This document shows, in pieces, positions 33,190 through 43,683 of a stretch of DNA of 49,806 bases; position 1 is the first letter of the stretch, and each line of letters starts with the position of its first letter. Location of the stretch: positions 1-49,806 of the forward strand of contig JALAGF010003661.1 of the NCBI GenBank assembly GCA_030167865.1, written 5' to 3'. The position numbers and the translations under genes are program-made. This DNA is from Craspedostauros australis. Lineage: Eukaryota. The notes under the pieces were generated by a model. It was not told the DNA's origin. It saw only the letters and a program-made list of their open reading frames with translations, and ran no database searches.

Positions 33190-33790
33190 GTTGCCTTGTT
33201 GCCTTGCTCCGCTTCTCTCTATGGTACTACTGCCGGGGAGAGAGGTTGATGTTGTATTATTGCTGTGCTTCTCCTGATGGCACCACTCGCAGGCACGGCC
33301 ATGCACAAGATTACAATCCTATTATATTCTATTCTATGTCCCAAGAACAATGGGGGTATTGAACCGGGGCTTCAACAGAGTATGCGGTCACCAGACTTGT
33401 GTCCGCCCATCGCGCAGAGTCGCGGACACAAGCATGTTGTGTTCCTCTCTGTGACGCAATCTGGAGGCTTCTTCGTCTCTTGAGGAATACGACTCGACTC
33501 AAGCGATCCAGAAGCCAAACCATTGTCGGATGTCGGTGACGCGATTCTGCAGGATCCGCACCGCGTTGCCGCGGACCCCAAGTCTCCCAACAACATGGCC
33601 GTTTGTGGGAGCATGGTAGAGCATTCCACAATGTTCTATTAATACTTATATTTATTATGTAAATCTGTTCATGTGCAGAATGTGTCACCTTATGACATGT
33701 TGCTGTACTATGGTACACGGACATGTACTTTACACCAAGCTACAGAGATGGCATGACACCGCACACGTTGATGTCCTGCATGTCATCTTT

Positions 33791-34213
33791 CTATTCTTCC
33801 ATCCCCGGCTGCTGCTTCAGCATGTACTCCCGCTCGTACCGCTCACTCTCGATCTTCCATTGCTCATCTTGTCGAAAGTTCTCCACCGTATCGATGCGCA
33901 GGATCTGCTCGTTCGTGTTGAAGGTGTAGGCGTATCCGTTCATGTTGAGGCCGATGCCCATGCACACGAACATGGCAAACACGATGGTGAACATGTCTGT
34001 GAAATCGATCATCAGTATGTTGATGCGGCGCAGGACGTCGGGTGAATTGTCGTCGGGCATGGCGAATTGGACTGTGGTGGATGTGGGCTGGTGATGATGC
34101 ACTTGGCGCGTCCTGGCAGGATGTGGCGCGAAGGCCTGCACGGCGGAGACGGCGAGGAGGAGCACGAGCAGCATGCGGAAGGTTTGCTTGGTGGTTCTTG
34201 TGGAGAGGCTCAT
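33791..34213 (-). CDS. Small plastid-targeted single-TM protein of unknown function
   Basis: Signal peptide MLLVLLLAVSAVQA-FAP (diatom ASAFAP-type bipartite presequence), then a transit-like stretch, the TM segment FTIVFAMFVCMGIGLNM and GYAY...IDT...R..EQW. Start 34213 or 34174. Confidence 0.8.
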   Translation of the reverse strand: MSLSTRTTKQTFRMLLVLLLAVSAVQAFAPHPARTRQVHHHQPTSTTVQFAMPDDNSPDVLRRINILMIDFTDMFTIVFAMFVCMGIGLNMNGYAYTFNTNEQILRIDTVENFRQDEQWKIESERYEREYMLKQQPGMEE

Positions 34214-35093
34214 GGTGATGATGCAATGTGATGCTGTGTGATGTGATGGCAAGGAGAGGAGAAGAGAGAAACGGGACGAGACGGAACGGAAGAGGCTGTG
34301 GCTCTGGAGACAAACGATTGTGTACGATGTGGATGGAAAGCGCAAGTTATGAGGCTCTGTTTGCAATTCTGCTTTTTGTGACAACTTCTGCTCAGCTCGG
34401 CAACAAATGAGCCGATGATGGTAGCCAGAACGGAGCCATCATGCAGGCGCGTCACTTCAACTTGATGAAGAAGGTGATTCTGTTGGTTCTTTGCGAACCA
34501 TCATGTGGCGCGTTGGCGTTGCTGAGGTCGGTGGCAACAGGAGAAGAAAGAAAAGAAGATGTGAAGGAAAGAAGAAAAGAAAAGGTGGAGATCATCGGAC
34601 AGAACTCTTTGAAGATGGGCAGATGACAGCCTGTAGCTTCTCCACCAATCATAATGCGGCATTGAGTACCGGATGTCAGCAGACTACAAGAGCCCAGCCA
34701 ATCAGAACCTTTCGATAAATTGCCGAACAACACCAACAGTTGAAGCAGTGGTTGGAGTGGATTGCGCCTATCTGACGTCAAACAGGAATGGATATCCATG
34801 AATCAGACCCATCAAACCAAACCACAACCACCAAAGAAAAATCGTGGACGAAATCGTGGATGCTTTGTATTCGTTGCCATCATCGGCTCTTCTTGCAATG
34901 TCGTCCGTATCTTCATCATTTCTCTCATCTGCGAGACTTGCCAACATCCTGCGTAGCTCGCATAGTAGCGAAGCGAGGATACATGGAGCTGAGAATTCGA
35001 AGAGATAATAGAGCAGAGGTTCACCGCGATCGAAAGCAATATAACATATATAGTACTTCAAACAGCCACACGCAGCATAGAACGGATGAACTG

Positions 35094-36611
35094 ATGAGGA
35101 CATCGAAGACGCCTTCGAGCATTGGTGCGATGTTGCGCACGCTGCTGGTGCTGATCTCATCGCCATTGCCATCGAGCATGCTGCCGATCCATGGGATGGC
35201 GATGACCCACGCATTCACACCGAGCATCATCGCAGCTCATCGCTTTCCCACCAATATTCCTTCGCGGACGGTCAACAAGCACGCACTCGGCTTCATGGCA
35301 GGTTGGCAGTCGCCTCTCCCTCGTACTGGTATGGGTGTTCAAATGCATGCAACACCACGCAAGCAGAGCTCATCCTCTCGGCCCAAACCAAGGCGGTCAA
35401 GCAGCAGCGCAAACGCGAAATCGTATCGATCCACGAAACCACCGTTGCAGCATTTGGATCACAAGAAGGCACCGAGCAGCAAGCCAACGCAGCCATCTAT
35501 GGCACAGCAACTGCACCGGCGGCATGCTGAACCGGTGCAGCAGACAGTGATTTGCACCCTCAACAAGGCCACCAATACAATGCGTCTGTCGCTGGACCCA
35601 CCGTTGGAAGATATCATTGCATCCGATGACGATGTTCCAAGCACACAGCAGCAACGACCAGACAGAGGCATACCTGAATCCATCTCCAAGCCACCCATCG
35701 TCCTTGACTACGAAGAGCGACTCAAGCAAATTCAGACGGGGCCCAAACCAAAAGCCAAGACCATTGACGATTACCTGTCGCAAATACCATCGCAGCAGCA
35801 GGAACAGTTACACCCCAACATCCCCACCAACGCCGACGAATTGATCTTGTATCACGACGACGCCATCGTGGTGGTCAACAAGCCACCCGGCGTCCCGTGT
35901 GTGCCTGACATGAAGAACAGCCCCAACCTGTTGGAGTGGGTGCACGCTCGTTTTGGACAAGACTCGCCATCTCCAGCCTCCATGTCCGTGCATCGCTTGG
36001 ATCGCGATACGTCCGGCGTCCTCATCTACGGACGCACCCTCGATGTCACACGCACGTTGGATGAAACCTTCCGCCTGCGACAGGTCCAAAAGACCTACCA
36101 AGCCCTGCTGCACGGCGCGTTGCCGCACGACATCGAAATCGACTTGCCATTGCAACGCGACCCACAGTACCCGCCCTTCACGTGTGTGGCGACGCACGAT
36201 ACGTACAGGACGGGCCAGAACCTGGCGTGGGCATTGAAGCAGGCCGGGTACCGCAAGCAGATGGGCAAGTACAGGGGCAAATCGAGTTGCACGACCGTGC
36301 GCGTTGTGGATGGTCATCGCGTCGAGCTGCAGCCGCACACGGGGCGCAATCATCAGCTGCGCGTGCACTGCGCCGCGGTCGGGTATCCGATTGTCGGCGA
36401 TACGATGTACGGGTGGCGAGGAGATTCGGCGGATCGGGGTGGGATGGCGGGCATGGAGTTTCCGGAGCAGTGGAAAGGGGTGGAGCAACCGATTGACGAC
36501 GATGGTGGTCATGATGAGTCGAGTACCTTGTGTTTGCATGCGGCGTCGTTGACGTTGGCGCATCCGGTGACGAAGGAAGTCATGACATGGGAGGCGCCGG
36601 TGCCGTTTTGA
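35094..36611 (+). CDS. RluA-family pseudouridine synthase, probably organelle-targeted
   Basis: Contains ILYHDDAIVVVNKPPG, the catalytic VHRLDRDTSG, KTYQAL, LQPHTGRNHQLRVHCAAVGYPIVGDTMYG and LCLHAASLTLAHP. The N-terminal hydrophobic stretch ends THA-FTP. The start is probably 35094 or 35130 rather than 34788. Confidence 0.92.
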   Translation: MRTSKTPSSIGAMLRTLLVLISSPLPSSMLPIHGMAMTHAFTPSIIAAHRFPTNIPSRTVNKHALGFMAGWQSPLPRTGMGVQMHATPRKQSSSSRPKPRRSSSSANAKSYRSTKPPLQHLDHKKAPSSKPTQPSMAQQLHRRHAEPVQQTVICTLNKATNTMRLSLDPPLEDIIASDDDVPSTQQQRPDRGIPESISKPPIVLDYEERLKQIQTGPKPKAKTIDDYLSQIPSQQQEQLHPNIPTNADELILYHDDAIVVVNKPPGVPCVPDMKNSPNLLEWVHARFGQDSPSPASMSVHRLDRDTSGVLIYGRTLDVTRTLDETFRLRQVQKTYQALLHGALPHDIEIDLPLQRDPQYPPFTCVATHDTYRTGQNLAWALKQAGYRKQMGKYRGKSSCTTVRVVDGHRVELQPHTGRNHQLRVHCAAVGYPIVGDTMYGWRGDSADRGGMAGMEFPEQWKGVEQPIDDDGGHDESSTLCLHAASLTLAHPVTKEVMTWEAPVPF

Positions 36612-36823
36612 AAAAAGAGTACATCGTAGTGCTATTCTACTTGTACTTGTATTCGTGTTGCATAGTATAAGAGAAGAGAATGTTGTGGACTGCAGTGTAT
36701 GGTTGTGCCATGCGAGACGACTCTATTATTATTCTCCATAGGAGTGTGTGAGAGAGAGGGAGACGCACGATATGTGGTACCTACAATGTTACAGATCACC
36801 CACATACACACGCCCGTAACGCA

Positions 36824-38539
36824 TCAACTCCCGCGCGCCGCCATCTTGGCCCGCCACTTGCGCACGTAGGTCTGCACTTGCACGGCGTAGGCATACCTCA
36901 CGAGAATCTGCTTGCGCAGCTCGGACGACCACGCGTAGGCCCCGATCTTGAGACAGTACTTGCGTACGGCCTGGAACTCGCTGCCGCCCATGAGGCACTC
37001 GTGCAGGTAGGTCTCATCCCACTGCACGCGTCGGCGCTCGCGATCCCACAGATAGATCTGATCCATGACGTTGGGCGGGATGGGGGACATGGGGTTGTTG
37101 GGATTGGCGACGCGGAGTTTCGGATGCGCGTGCTTTTCGAGGAACCTGAGGATCTGCTGGGCCTGGATGCCGAGAGCGAAGGCGGCCTTGACGCTGTCGC
37201 GCGTGATGATCATGAAGACGGCGTTGGGCAGGCGGCGGATCGTGGCGACGTCACAGAAGAGCCCCAGCATGCTGACGTGCAGTTCCGAAGTCGTGTAGGC
37301 GCAGAGATTGAAGTTGGTCTGCACGATGATGGCGAGGTGGGAGCTGCCGTCGCTGCGTGGGTTGGGATGCGACAGCGACGAGGTAAGGGCCTTCGACGAG
37401 ACGGACCACATGCCGGCGCCGCCGCGGGCCTTGCCGTTCTGGTTGCCGACGACCTGCATGGCGATGCGGGTGGGGTAGAAGATGCTGACCTTGCCGATCT
37501 TCTGGACGTGCAGGAGGCCGAACAGGGAGAGGTCCTTCATCATGACCCTGCCGCCCTTGCTGAGGGATTCGGACGCCGAGTAGCACTCTCCGAAGCGCGC
37601 GAAGGAGAGACAGACGAGCAGCAACAGCGCCTCTTGCTTGAGCTGCGGCGACTTCTTGTGCAGGACGACGCTCTGCAGGTACTTGACGACGAAGTGCCAC
37701 ACCTGCTGCGAGTTGTCCTGCAGCATGAAGTCGTATCCCTTCTGCGTGATGACCAAGGGCGCCGTGTCGGGATGCCCGCCCTTCTGCACGACCTCCGGGT
37801 CCGGCTGCATGAGCCTCGTCTGCAGGAGGAAGTGCGTGATGGCCGGGTTGGGCTCCGTCGTGACGTTGGGCGTCCCCACGAGGTAGTGCAGCACCGAATC
37901 CCACTGCGTCTGCGTGTACCGCTCCAGATCCTCGGGCGTCTTGGGCGAGAACTTGTTGGGGCGGTTGCTGTTCTTGCCGGGCTGCGCGATGGCGTCCTGC
38001 TCGATCTGCGCGATGCGCTGCGGCGTGAGGGCCCGCCACGGCGACGTGTCCAGCGACTGCAGCGAGGCCTTGAGGCCGGCCCGGAATTGCGGCGTCAGCT
38101 GGATCATGAACTTGTCGGCGCCCTCCTTGGGCGGCTTCTCCTGCAGGACGGCCCACTGATGCAGCGTGTGCAGATGCTGCGGCACGTTGTGGCGGATCCA
38201 GACCTGCACGCCCGTGAGGGGGAAGATGCCGCCGCAGCAGCTGAGCCGCACCACGAGCTGCTGCGAGCAGTCCGGCAGCTGCTGCAGCACGGCGCGGCAC
38301 ACGAACTTGCCCCTGGAGGGGTCCTGGAACAGCTCCAGCAGCTCCTCGCGCGGCAGGCAGTTCTGCAGGAAGTCCAGGACGCCCGACGTCTTGGCGGGGT
38401 CCTTCTGCATCGCCTGCTGCTGCGGCTGCTGGCTTGCGCCGCCTGCGGGAGCTGCCTGGCTGCCGCCGCTTCTGCCGGAGTTGCCCGCTCTGGCCCGTTT
38501 CGACGGCGGAGGCGACGATGACGATGAGGTTGGCGCCAT
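36824..38539 (-). CDS. TFB2: TFIIH core subunit Tfb2/p52 (GTF2H4)
   Basis: Contains VCRAVLQQLP, QWDSVLHYLVG, ITQKGYDFMLQD, FYPTR, IIVQTNFNLCAYT, ITRDSVKAAFALGIQAQQILRFLEKHAHP and IPPNVMDQIYLWDRERRR. Confidence 0.95.
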   Translation of the reverse strand: MAPTSSSSSPPPSKRARAGNSGRSGGSQAAPAGGASQQPQQQAMQKDPAKTSGVLDFLQNCLPREELLELFQDPSRGKFVCRAVLQQLPDCSQQLVVRLSCCGGIFPLTGVQVWIRHNVPQHLHTLHQWAVLQEKPPKEGADKFMIQLTPQFRAGLKASLQSLDTSPWRALTPQRIAQIEQDAIAQPGKNSNRPNKFSPKTPEDLERYTQTQWDSVLHYLVGTPNVTTEPNPAITHFLLQTRLMQPDPEVVQKGGHPDTAPLVITQKGYDFMLQDNSQQVWHFVVKYLQSVVLHKKSPQLKQEALLLLVCLSFARFGECYSASESLSKGGRVMMKDLSLFGLLHVQKIGKVSIFYPTRIAMQVVGNQNGKARGGAGMWSVSSKALTSSLSHPNPRSDGSSHLAIIVQTNFNLCAYTTSELHVSMLGLFCDVATIRRLPNAVFMIITRDSVKAAFALGIQAQQILRFLEKHAHPKLRVANPNNPMSPIPPNVMDQIYLWDRERRRVQWDETYLHECLMGGSEFQAVRKYCLKIGAYAWSSELRKQILVRYAYAVQVQTYVRKWRAKMAARGS

Positions 38540-39465
38540 CTTTGTTCTAATCTCAGACACACAGAGAGCGACTTGCGCTGTGTCTGTACCTGGACAGCGT
38601 TGATTGGCCGACCTCTTGGCTGAATGAAGACCCAGCTACCACATGGTCTGGAGGGTGCTAATGTGGTGGTTGCTGATTGAGATTCTTCATTCCACATCAC
38701 GAGCCGCTCTTTCTTGATGTTGTTCCGTGCGGTTTGGCAGCAGCCCATTTCCGCCATGGTCGATCTTTGTATCCAATGAGTCACATTGAGTCGTGTACTG
38801 TTCACAGCAGTCGATGCAGTCCATCGTGTTTTCAAACGTGTCACGCCAGTTTGACACGCGTTCGCTTTTTGTTTTGGTTTTGTGGTCCGCGTTGGATGTC
38901 CTCCGGCGATCAGCGATGTGACCATGTGTCGCTTTACATCCTGTGTGTCGCACTATGTGTCTGATACGACATCATGTTTATGGTCGATTTGTAACAAACC
39001 AAGACGAACGGAAATCGCAACGGATACAACGAGATCCTGTCGCAACTCACCAACTCATCTCATCCTTTTGCCTGCCTCCGACGCCCTCGCTCTACTCGTA
39101 CCTTGGCCATCAACGTCCTATTCACCGTTGGACTCAAGCCATCGTTGCAAGGTGGTGGCAGTGTTGAAAGCACTGAAATATGGAGTTGTGATCATTGACA
39201 ACAGACCAAATCAAGCAGTGAATATAGTACTTGCTTTCCCCACCAGAGAGTGCAATACCCAACAAGCTACCACACGTACCCTCCATTCCGAAGCAACATC
39301 GGTTGACGCATTCCACTCAGAGTCAAGCGCACCCTATCTTTGCTTCCATTGGGATTCACTGCGCTGCATCAGAGGTCACCATCGTCACACTCGCCACCGT
39401 CACAATTGCCATCATCACAGTTCAATTGACGACACAGCAACTTTGTACACCGCGACGCCGACACG

Positions 39466-42400
39466 ATGAAGACGTTCGAGAGCCGCATCCCGAAAGCGGG
39501 CACCAGGAACAGTACTGTCACATCGGCCACACGCAAAGCGGCCTCGGTCATCTCTTCCAGCTCTACGTCCTCGTCCTCGCAATCCACCAACAGCAGCAGG
39601 ACCACCACAAACCGCCTGCGAAGTTCTCGCATCAACCGCACGGCTGCACGTTCGCGCAGCGACAGCACACCGCGTCGCCCATTCTCACGGCATTCCAAGT
39701 TCGTCAGCGCCATTCCGTCGCCGCAGGATCCACCCAAGATCGTATCACCGCGAGCTTCCGAAACGCGTGATGAACCCGATATGTCGCCAAAGTCGGACCA
39801 GTATGAGCGTGATGAAGAGCAGGACATCACGCCGCTTTTCCGCATCACGGTGGTGGAAAACCGATCGGACGATTCGCAGGAGCGCCAATTCAAGTTGGCG
39901 GCACAAAAGTTGGCACAAATTTGGCTCAACGAATCGGATGAGGATGACACAATGCTGGATGTATCGCATGTGCCAGATACTCAAGTGGACGGCGATTCTG
40001 TTCTCGAGTCCAAACGCGAGATTGGTTTTCATTCCATTGCCGCAATACCAATTGGGATTGAGCGGACCGTCTCGGCACTCGACGCAGAAACACAGTCTTC
40101 CAATGTGGCCGATGCTGCGTTGACCCAGCACAAACTTCACAAGTTCTTCTCATCGTTGCAGGACGAGACTGATTCGGAAGATGATGACAACAGTACCATC
40201 CAAGAAGAGGAGCACGTCGAGAACATGAGCAGCAGCGATGAAGAGATGGTGCTGAATCCACTTGTGAGAGCCGCTCGGCTACGTCGCGGGAGCTTTGCTG
40301 CCGAGGTATCCAACTCATCACCAGCAGTGGAAGCAGCAGTGGAAGCAGCAGCTCCAGTGGAAGCGCCAGCAACATTGCCGTTGCCACAGGTGGACAGGCA
40401 TGTGCAGGAACTGATCAACGATGATGGACCTGAGGAAATCCTACAGACCCAACCAGTCAACACCACCGAAGACAGCCCATGGAAACAAGCATTGGATGAG
40501 GTCAACTTGCTCCGAAAGGACAGTCAGCTCAAGGAGGCGCAGCAAGCGTCTCCGAAACAGTCCATCTACGACAATCCTGACTACGTCAACACCATTCTGT
40601 CGAACGGTGATTGCGTGGACAATGGCAGCATCTTCACCCTCGTTGAACAGGATACCACAACAACCACCTGCAATTCGTCCGAAAGCATCGGCTTCAGCAA
40701 ATCCATGGGCGACGAATTTGTGCAACAGCCATCGCTGGAACAGCAGCAACAACAGCAACGACCAACCATCTGGAGCGCCCTGGCTCACATTAATGAGAAC
40801 AAGGAGGGCCAATTCGTCTTGCCACCATGGTCCAAGGATGAATCAGTGAAGCAGGCCGATACTGGCAGCAACAAGAACGCGAACGACAACATCAATACTC
40901 GCAATCACGGCAACGTCGCCCCTCTCAATCGTGAGGCTCGTAGACAGCAACCAGAGGATGGATCATGCACAGATGGTCAAGACGCACTGCGTCAGCCGCC
41001 TGTCAGAAACAAGGGCCACGGCAGTACCACAGGCTCCGACGCCACTGACGAGATCGCATCAGATACTGACAACAACACTAGCACCGATGGTGACGCAGTT
41101 TCGAGTACACCAGAGCACGGAAATCCTGAAAGGCCCACAACATCTCGCCAACTGCCATTCGATGAGCAGAAGCAGGACCGAAGCGCCGCGTTCGACGTTG
41201 CCGAGGCGTACGACAGCTTCGCTCTCGCGGATCATACCTCCAGCATCTCCACATGGCGGACGCAAGCCGGTAGATCCGCCAGCGACATGACCGTCGAGGT
41301 GCAGCAGATGTCCAGCGGCAACGTCCACGTCTACAACGTCCACAAGCACATCGTCGGGGTGGGGCCACGTCGCAGTGACAGTCTCCACAAGGTCATCGAA
41401 GGTCATGCTTCGGCGGCATCTGCGACGGACGACCCTGCTCTCACCACGCGGCTCGTACTCGAGGATGATGCTGCAACGCTGTTCCCCATGGTGCTGGATT
41501 ACATCTACCAATTCAATGACAACGACAACATCACGATCACATCGGACACAGCGGTGGCGCTGCTCCATCTGTGCGGTGAGCTCGAAATGGATGCCCTGGT
41601 CGAACAGGTATCATGGTTCATCCTCAATGACATCAACCTCTCCAACCTTCAAACCTACATGGAGCACGCCATCCTGTGCAGAAACGCCAACGTGGCCTGT
41701 TTGGCATGCGAGAAGTGCGCGATGAACATCATGAAGATCGAACCTTCCGATGTGCTGTGGACCATTATCACGCCATTTATCTTTTGCAGGATCATCGCAT
41801 CGCCCGTGATCGTACGCGACATCGCCAGCTGTCATCTCAGTATGCTCATCGCCGAGTTCCATTCGATTCAGAACTACGCCATCGACATGGAGATGTTCCA
41901 ACGCATGACATCCGACGAGTATCTCCCTAGCATCGATCAGAAGGCCGTGCTTCCTCTGCTGGAGATCGTGCAGAATCACTACGACGCCGTGAACACCTTC
42001 GAGTCGCTGCAGAAGAGATGCACGACGGCGATGGCCCAGAATTGGTCGGTGGTATCTGATGGCGAAAGGCATCGCTTCTTTGCTTTCCTGCGTCCCTTGC
42101 CGTCGTCGTTCACCGTAGACTTTTTGGAGATGGTGGAGGCCAACAGGCGCTCTAGTCCCAAGCATAGTCAAGACTCCAAGCGCGGTCGACAGAAGCGTGC
42201 GTCGCAGGATGGCTCGATTCCTGATGAGGACGCTGACAACGCGAGCCAATTCACCAGCACCGTTCCCTACCATCCCAGCACATACGGCTTCTTCGAATCG
42301 GTGAACGGCGAAGAGAAGGTGTTGCCCAAGCTCAACTGGAGGATGGATCGCAACGTCAGCTACAGCGACTGCATGTTGGAGGTCCGCACCATGAAGCTGG

Positions 42401-43683
42401 GCGAGCCGCAAACCTACGCTCTGCACAAGCACATGCTGTGCGTTGGACCACGCAGGTCCGAGCTCTTCGTCGACATGTTCTCCAACGCATCCGAATCCAA
42501 GCCATCCACAGACGCGACCGCTGCTGCGACAGACAAAGTGCTCGCAAGTCAATTCGTGCAGTCTCATCACAGAGGCCATCATGTCGTGGAGATCGAACTG
42601 GGCTACGTCTCTGCCGTCATCGTACCGGACATCATGGACTACATTTACGGCGTGCGTCACGACATGCAACTGCTGACGCAGACGGCCGTCTCCGTCCGCT
42701 TCTTGGCGCGGTTCTTCGGCGTGCGCTTGCTGAACCGTGAGATCATGCAGTTCATCTGCGAGGACATGACGCTGCAGAATGTCGCGGTCTACGCAGAAGA
42801 AGCCAAGGCCTTTCACGATGAGAAGGTTGGCGACGTTGCGGCACAATTCTGCGCGCAGAAGATCCTGGACATCTCCGTGGACTCGGACCTTCTGCAGCAG
42901 GCCCCGCCACACTTCTTCCTGCGCATCATGTCGTCGTCGGCGATGGATCGCATGAGCAGCAGCCAGCACCTGAGCATGCTTCTGGTGCGATACCACAGCA
43001 TGAAGTCGGCGGACATCCCGGACGGTCTGCTGCACCTCATGATCCATCCGTCGAATCTGCCTCACATCCACCTGGATGCCACGTTGGACATGCTGAAGGT
43101 GGCCCGGTCGGTGGAGGACCGCAAGAACGATCTGATCGTGTCGCTGCAACGGCGATGCGTCAACACTATTGAAGCGAACTGGTCTATCTTCCGCGACAGG
43201 CACCGCGACAGGACCTTCGAGGAGCTGCAGTACGTCGAGTCCGATCTGGTGGCGGACCTGTTCAATATCATTGAAGATGACTACTACCAGAGGGAGTACA
43301 AGACGATGTCCGTGCAGAGCAAGTTGGTGAAGAAGTACCGCGCGCAGCTAGCGGATGCTGAGGAGCGCAGGGAACGCGAACTGCACATGCTGCGCAGCCA
43401 GATGGAGAAGGAGCGTGCGACGGTCGAGGAGGAGCTGGAGACGGTGAAGTCACGCCTGCGCCAGTACTCTTCATCGATGAACCGACGCAGCGGCAGAAGC
43501 GCAGCCGGTAGCCGCCGCATCAGCAGGAGACGATCTGGCGTGGACAACGGGGATTGGTCCATCCAGGGTTCGAGCTCCTACAGATCATCCGACACAGCAA
43601 CGACAGCAACACAAACGGGGAAGTCGTCCTTCACTGCCGCATCGATCTTTGGTGACATCGCCAGCAGTTGGACGTTCCATTAA
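39466..43683 (+). CDS. Large protein with two tandem BTB/POZ(-BACK-like) modules and a C-terminal coiled coil
   Basis: 1405-aa intronless ORF with about 590 aa of disordered N-terminus. Two homologous units follow: WRTQ..SDMTVEV..YNVHKHIVGVGPRRS..FPMVLDYIY and WRMD..SDCMLEV..YALHKHMLCVGPRRS..VPDIMDYIY. The tail is a heptad-rich E/R stretch. Confidence 0.88.
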   Translation: MKTFESRIPKAGTRNSTVTSATRKAASVISSSSTSSSSQSTNSSRTTTNRLRSSRINRTAARSRSDSTPRRPFSRHSKFVSAIPSPQDPPKIVSPRASETRDEPDMSPKSDQYERDEEQDITPLFRITVVENRSDDSQERQFKLAAQKLAQIWLNESDEDDTMLDVSHVPDTQVDGDSVLESKREIGFHSIAAIPIGIERTVSALDAETQSSNVADAALTQHKLHKFFSSLQDETDSEDDDNSTIQEEEHVENMSSSDEEMVLNPLVRAARLRRGSFAAEVSNSSPAVEAAVEAAAPVEAPATLPLPQVDRHVQELINDDGPEEILQTQPVNTTEDSPWKQALDEVNLLRKDSQLKEAQQASPKQSIYDNPDYVNTILSNGDCVDNGSIFTLVEQDTTTTTCNSSESIGFSKSMGDEFVQQPSLEQQQQQQRPTIWSALAHINENKEGQFVLPPWSKDESVKQADTGSNKNANDNINTRNHGNVAPLNREARRQQPEDGSCTDGQDALRQPPVRNKGHGSTTGSDATDEIASDTDNNTSTDGDAVSSTPEHGNPERPTTSRQLPFDEQKQDRSAAFDVAEAYDSFALADHTSSISTWRTQAGRSASDMTVEVQQMSSGNVHVYNVHKHIVGVGPRRSDSLHKVIEGHASAASATDDPALTTRLVLEDDAATLFPMVLDYIYQFNDNDNITITSDTAVALLHLCGELEMDALVEQVSWFILNDINLSNLQTYMEHAILCRNANVACLACEKCAMNIMKIEPSDVLWTIITPFIFCRIIASPVIVRDIASCHLSMLIAEFHSIQNYAIDMEMFQRMTSDEYLPSIDQKAVLPLLEIVQNHYDAVNTFESLQKRCTTAMAQNWSVVSDGERHRFFAFLRPLPSSFTVDFLEMVEANRRSSPKHSQDSKRGRQKRASQDGSIPDEDADNASQFTSTVPYHPSTYGFFESVNGEEKVLPKLNWRMDRNVSYSDCMLEVRTMKLGEPQTYALHKHMLCVGPRRSELFVDMFSNASESKPSTDATAAATDKVLASQFVQSHHRGHHVVEIELGYVSAVIVPDIMDYIYGVRHDMQLLTQTAVSVRFLARFFGVRLLNREIMQFICEDMTLQNVAVYAEEAKAFHDEKVGDVAAQFCAQKILDISVDSDLLQQAPPHFFLRIMSSSAMDRMSSSQHLSMLLVRYHSMKSADIPDGLLHLMIHPSNLPHIHLDATLDMLKVARSVEDRKNDLIVSLQRRCVNTIEANWSIFRDRHRDRTFEELQYVESDLVADLFNIIEDDYYQREYKTMSVQSKLVKKYRAQLADAEERRERELHMLRSQMEKERATVEEELETVKSRLRQYSSSMNRRSGRSAAGSRRISRRRSGVDNGDWSIQGSSSYRSSDTATTATQTGKSSFTAASIFGDIASSWTFH

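Noticed and set aside
34788..35093. N-terminal extension of the pseudouridine synthase ORF
   Set aside because: It reads like promoter/UTR sequence; a signal-like N-terminus begins only at 35094 or 35130.
36878..38521. 547-aa plus-strand ORF
   Set aside because: Antisense to the clearly identified Tfb2 gene.
41611..43203. 530-aa minus-strand ORF
   Set aside because: Antisense to the BTB gene.
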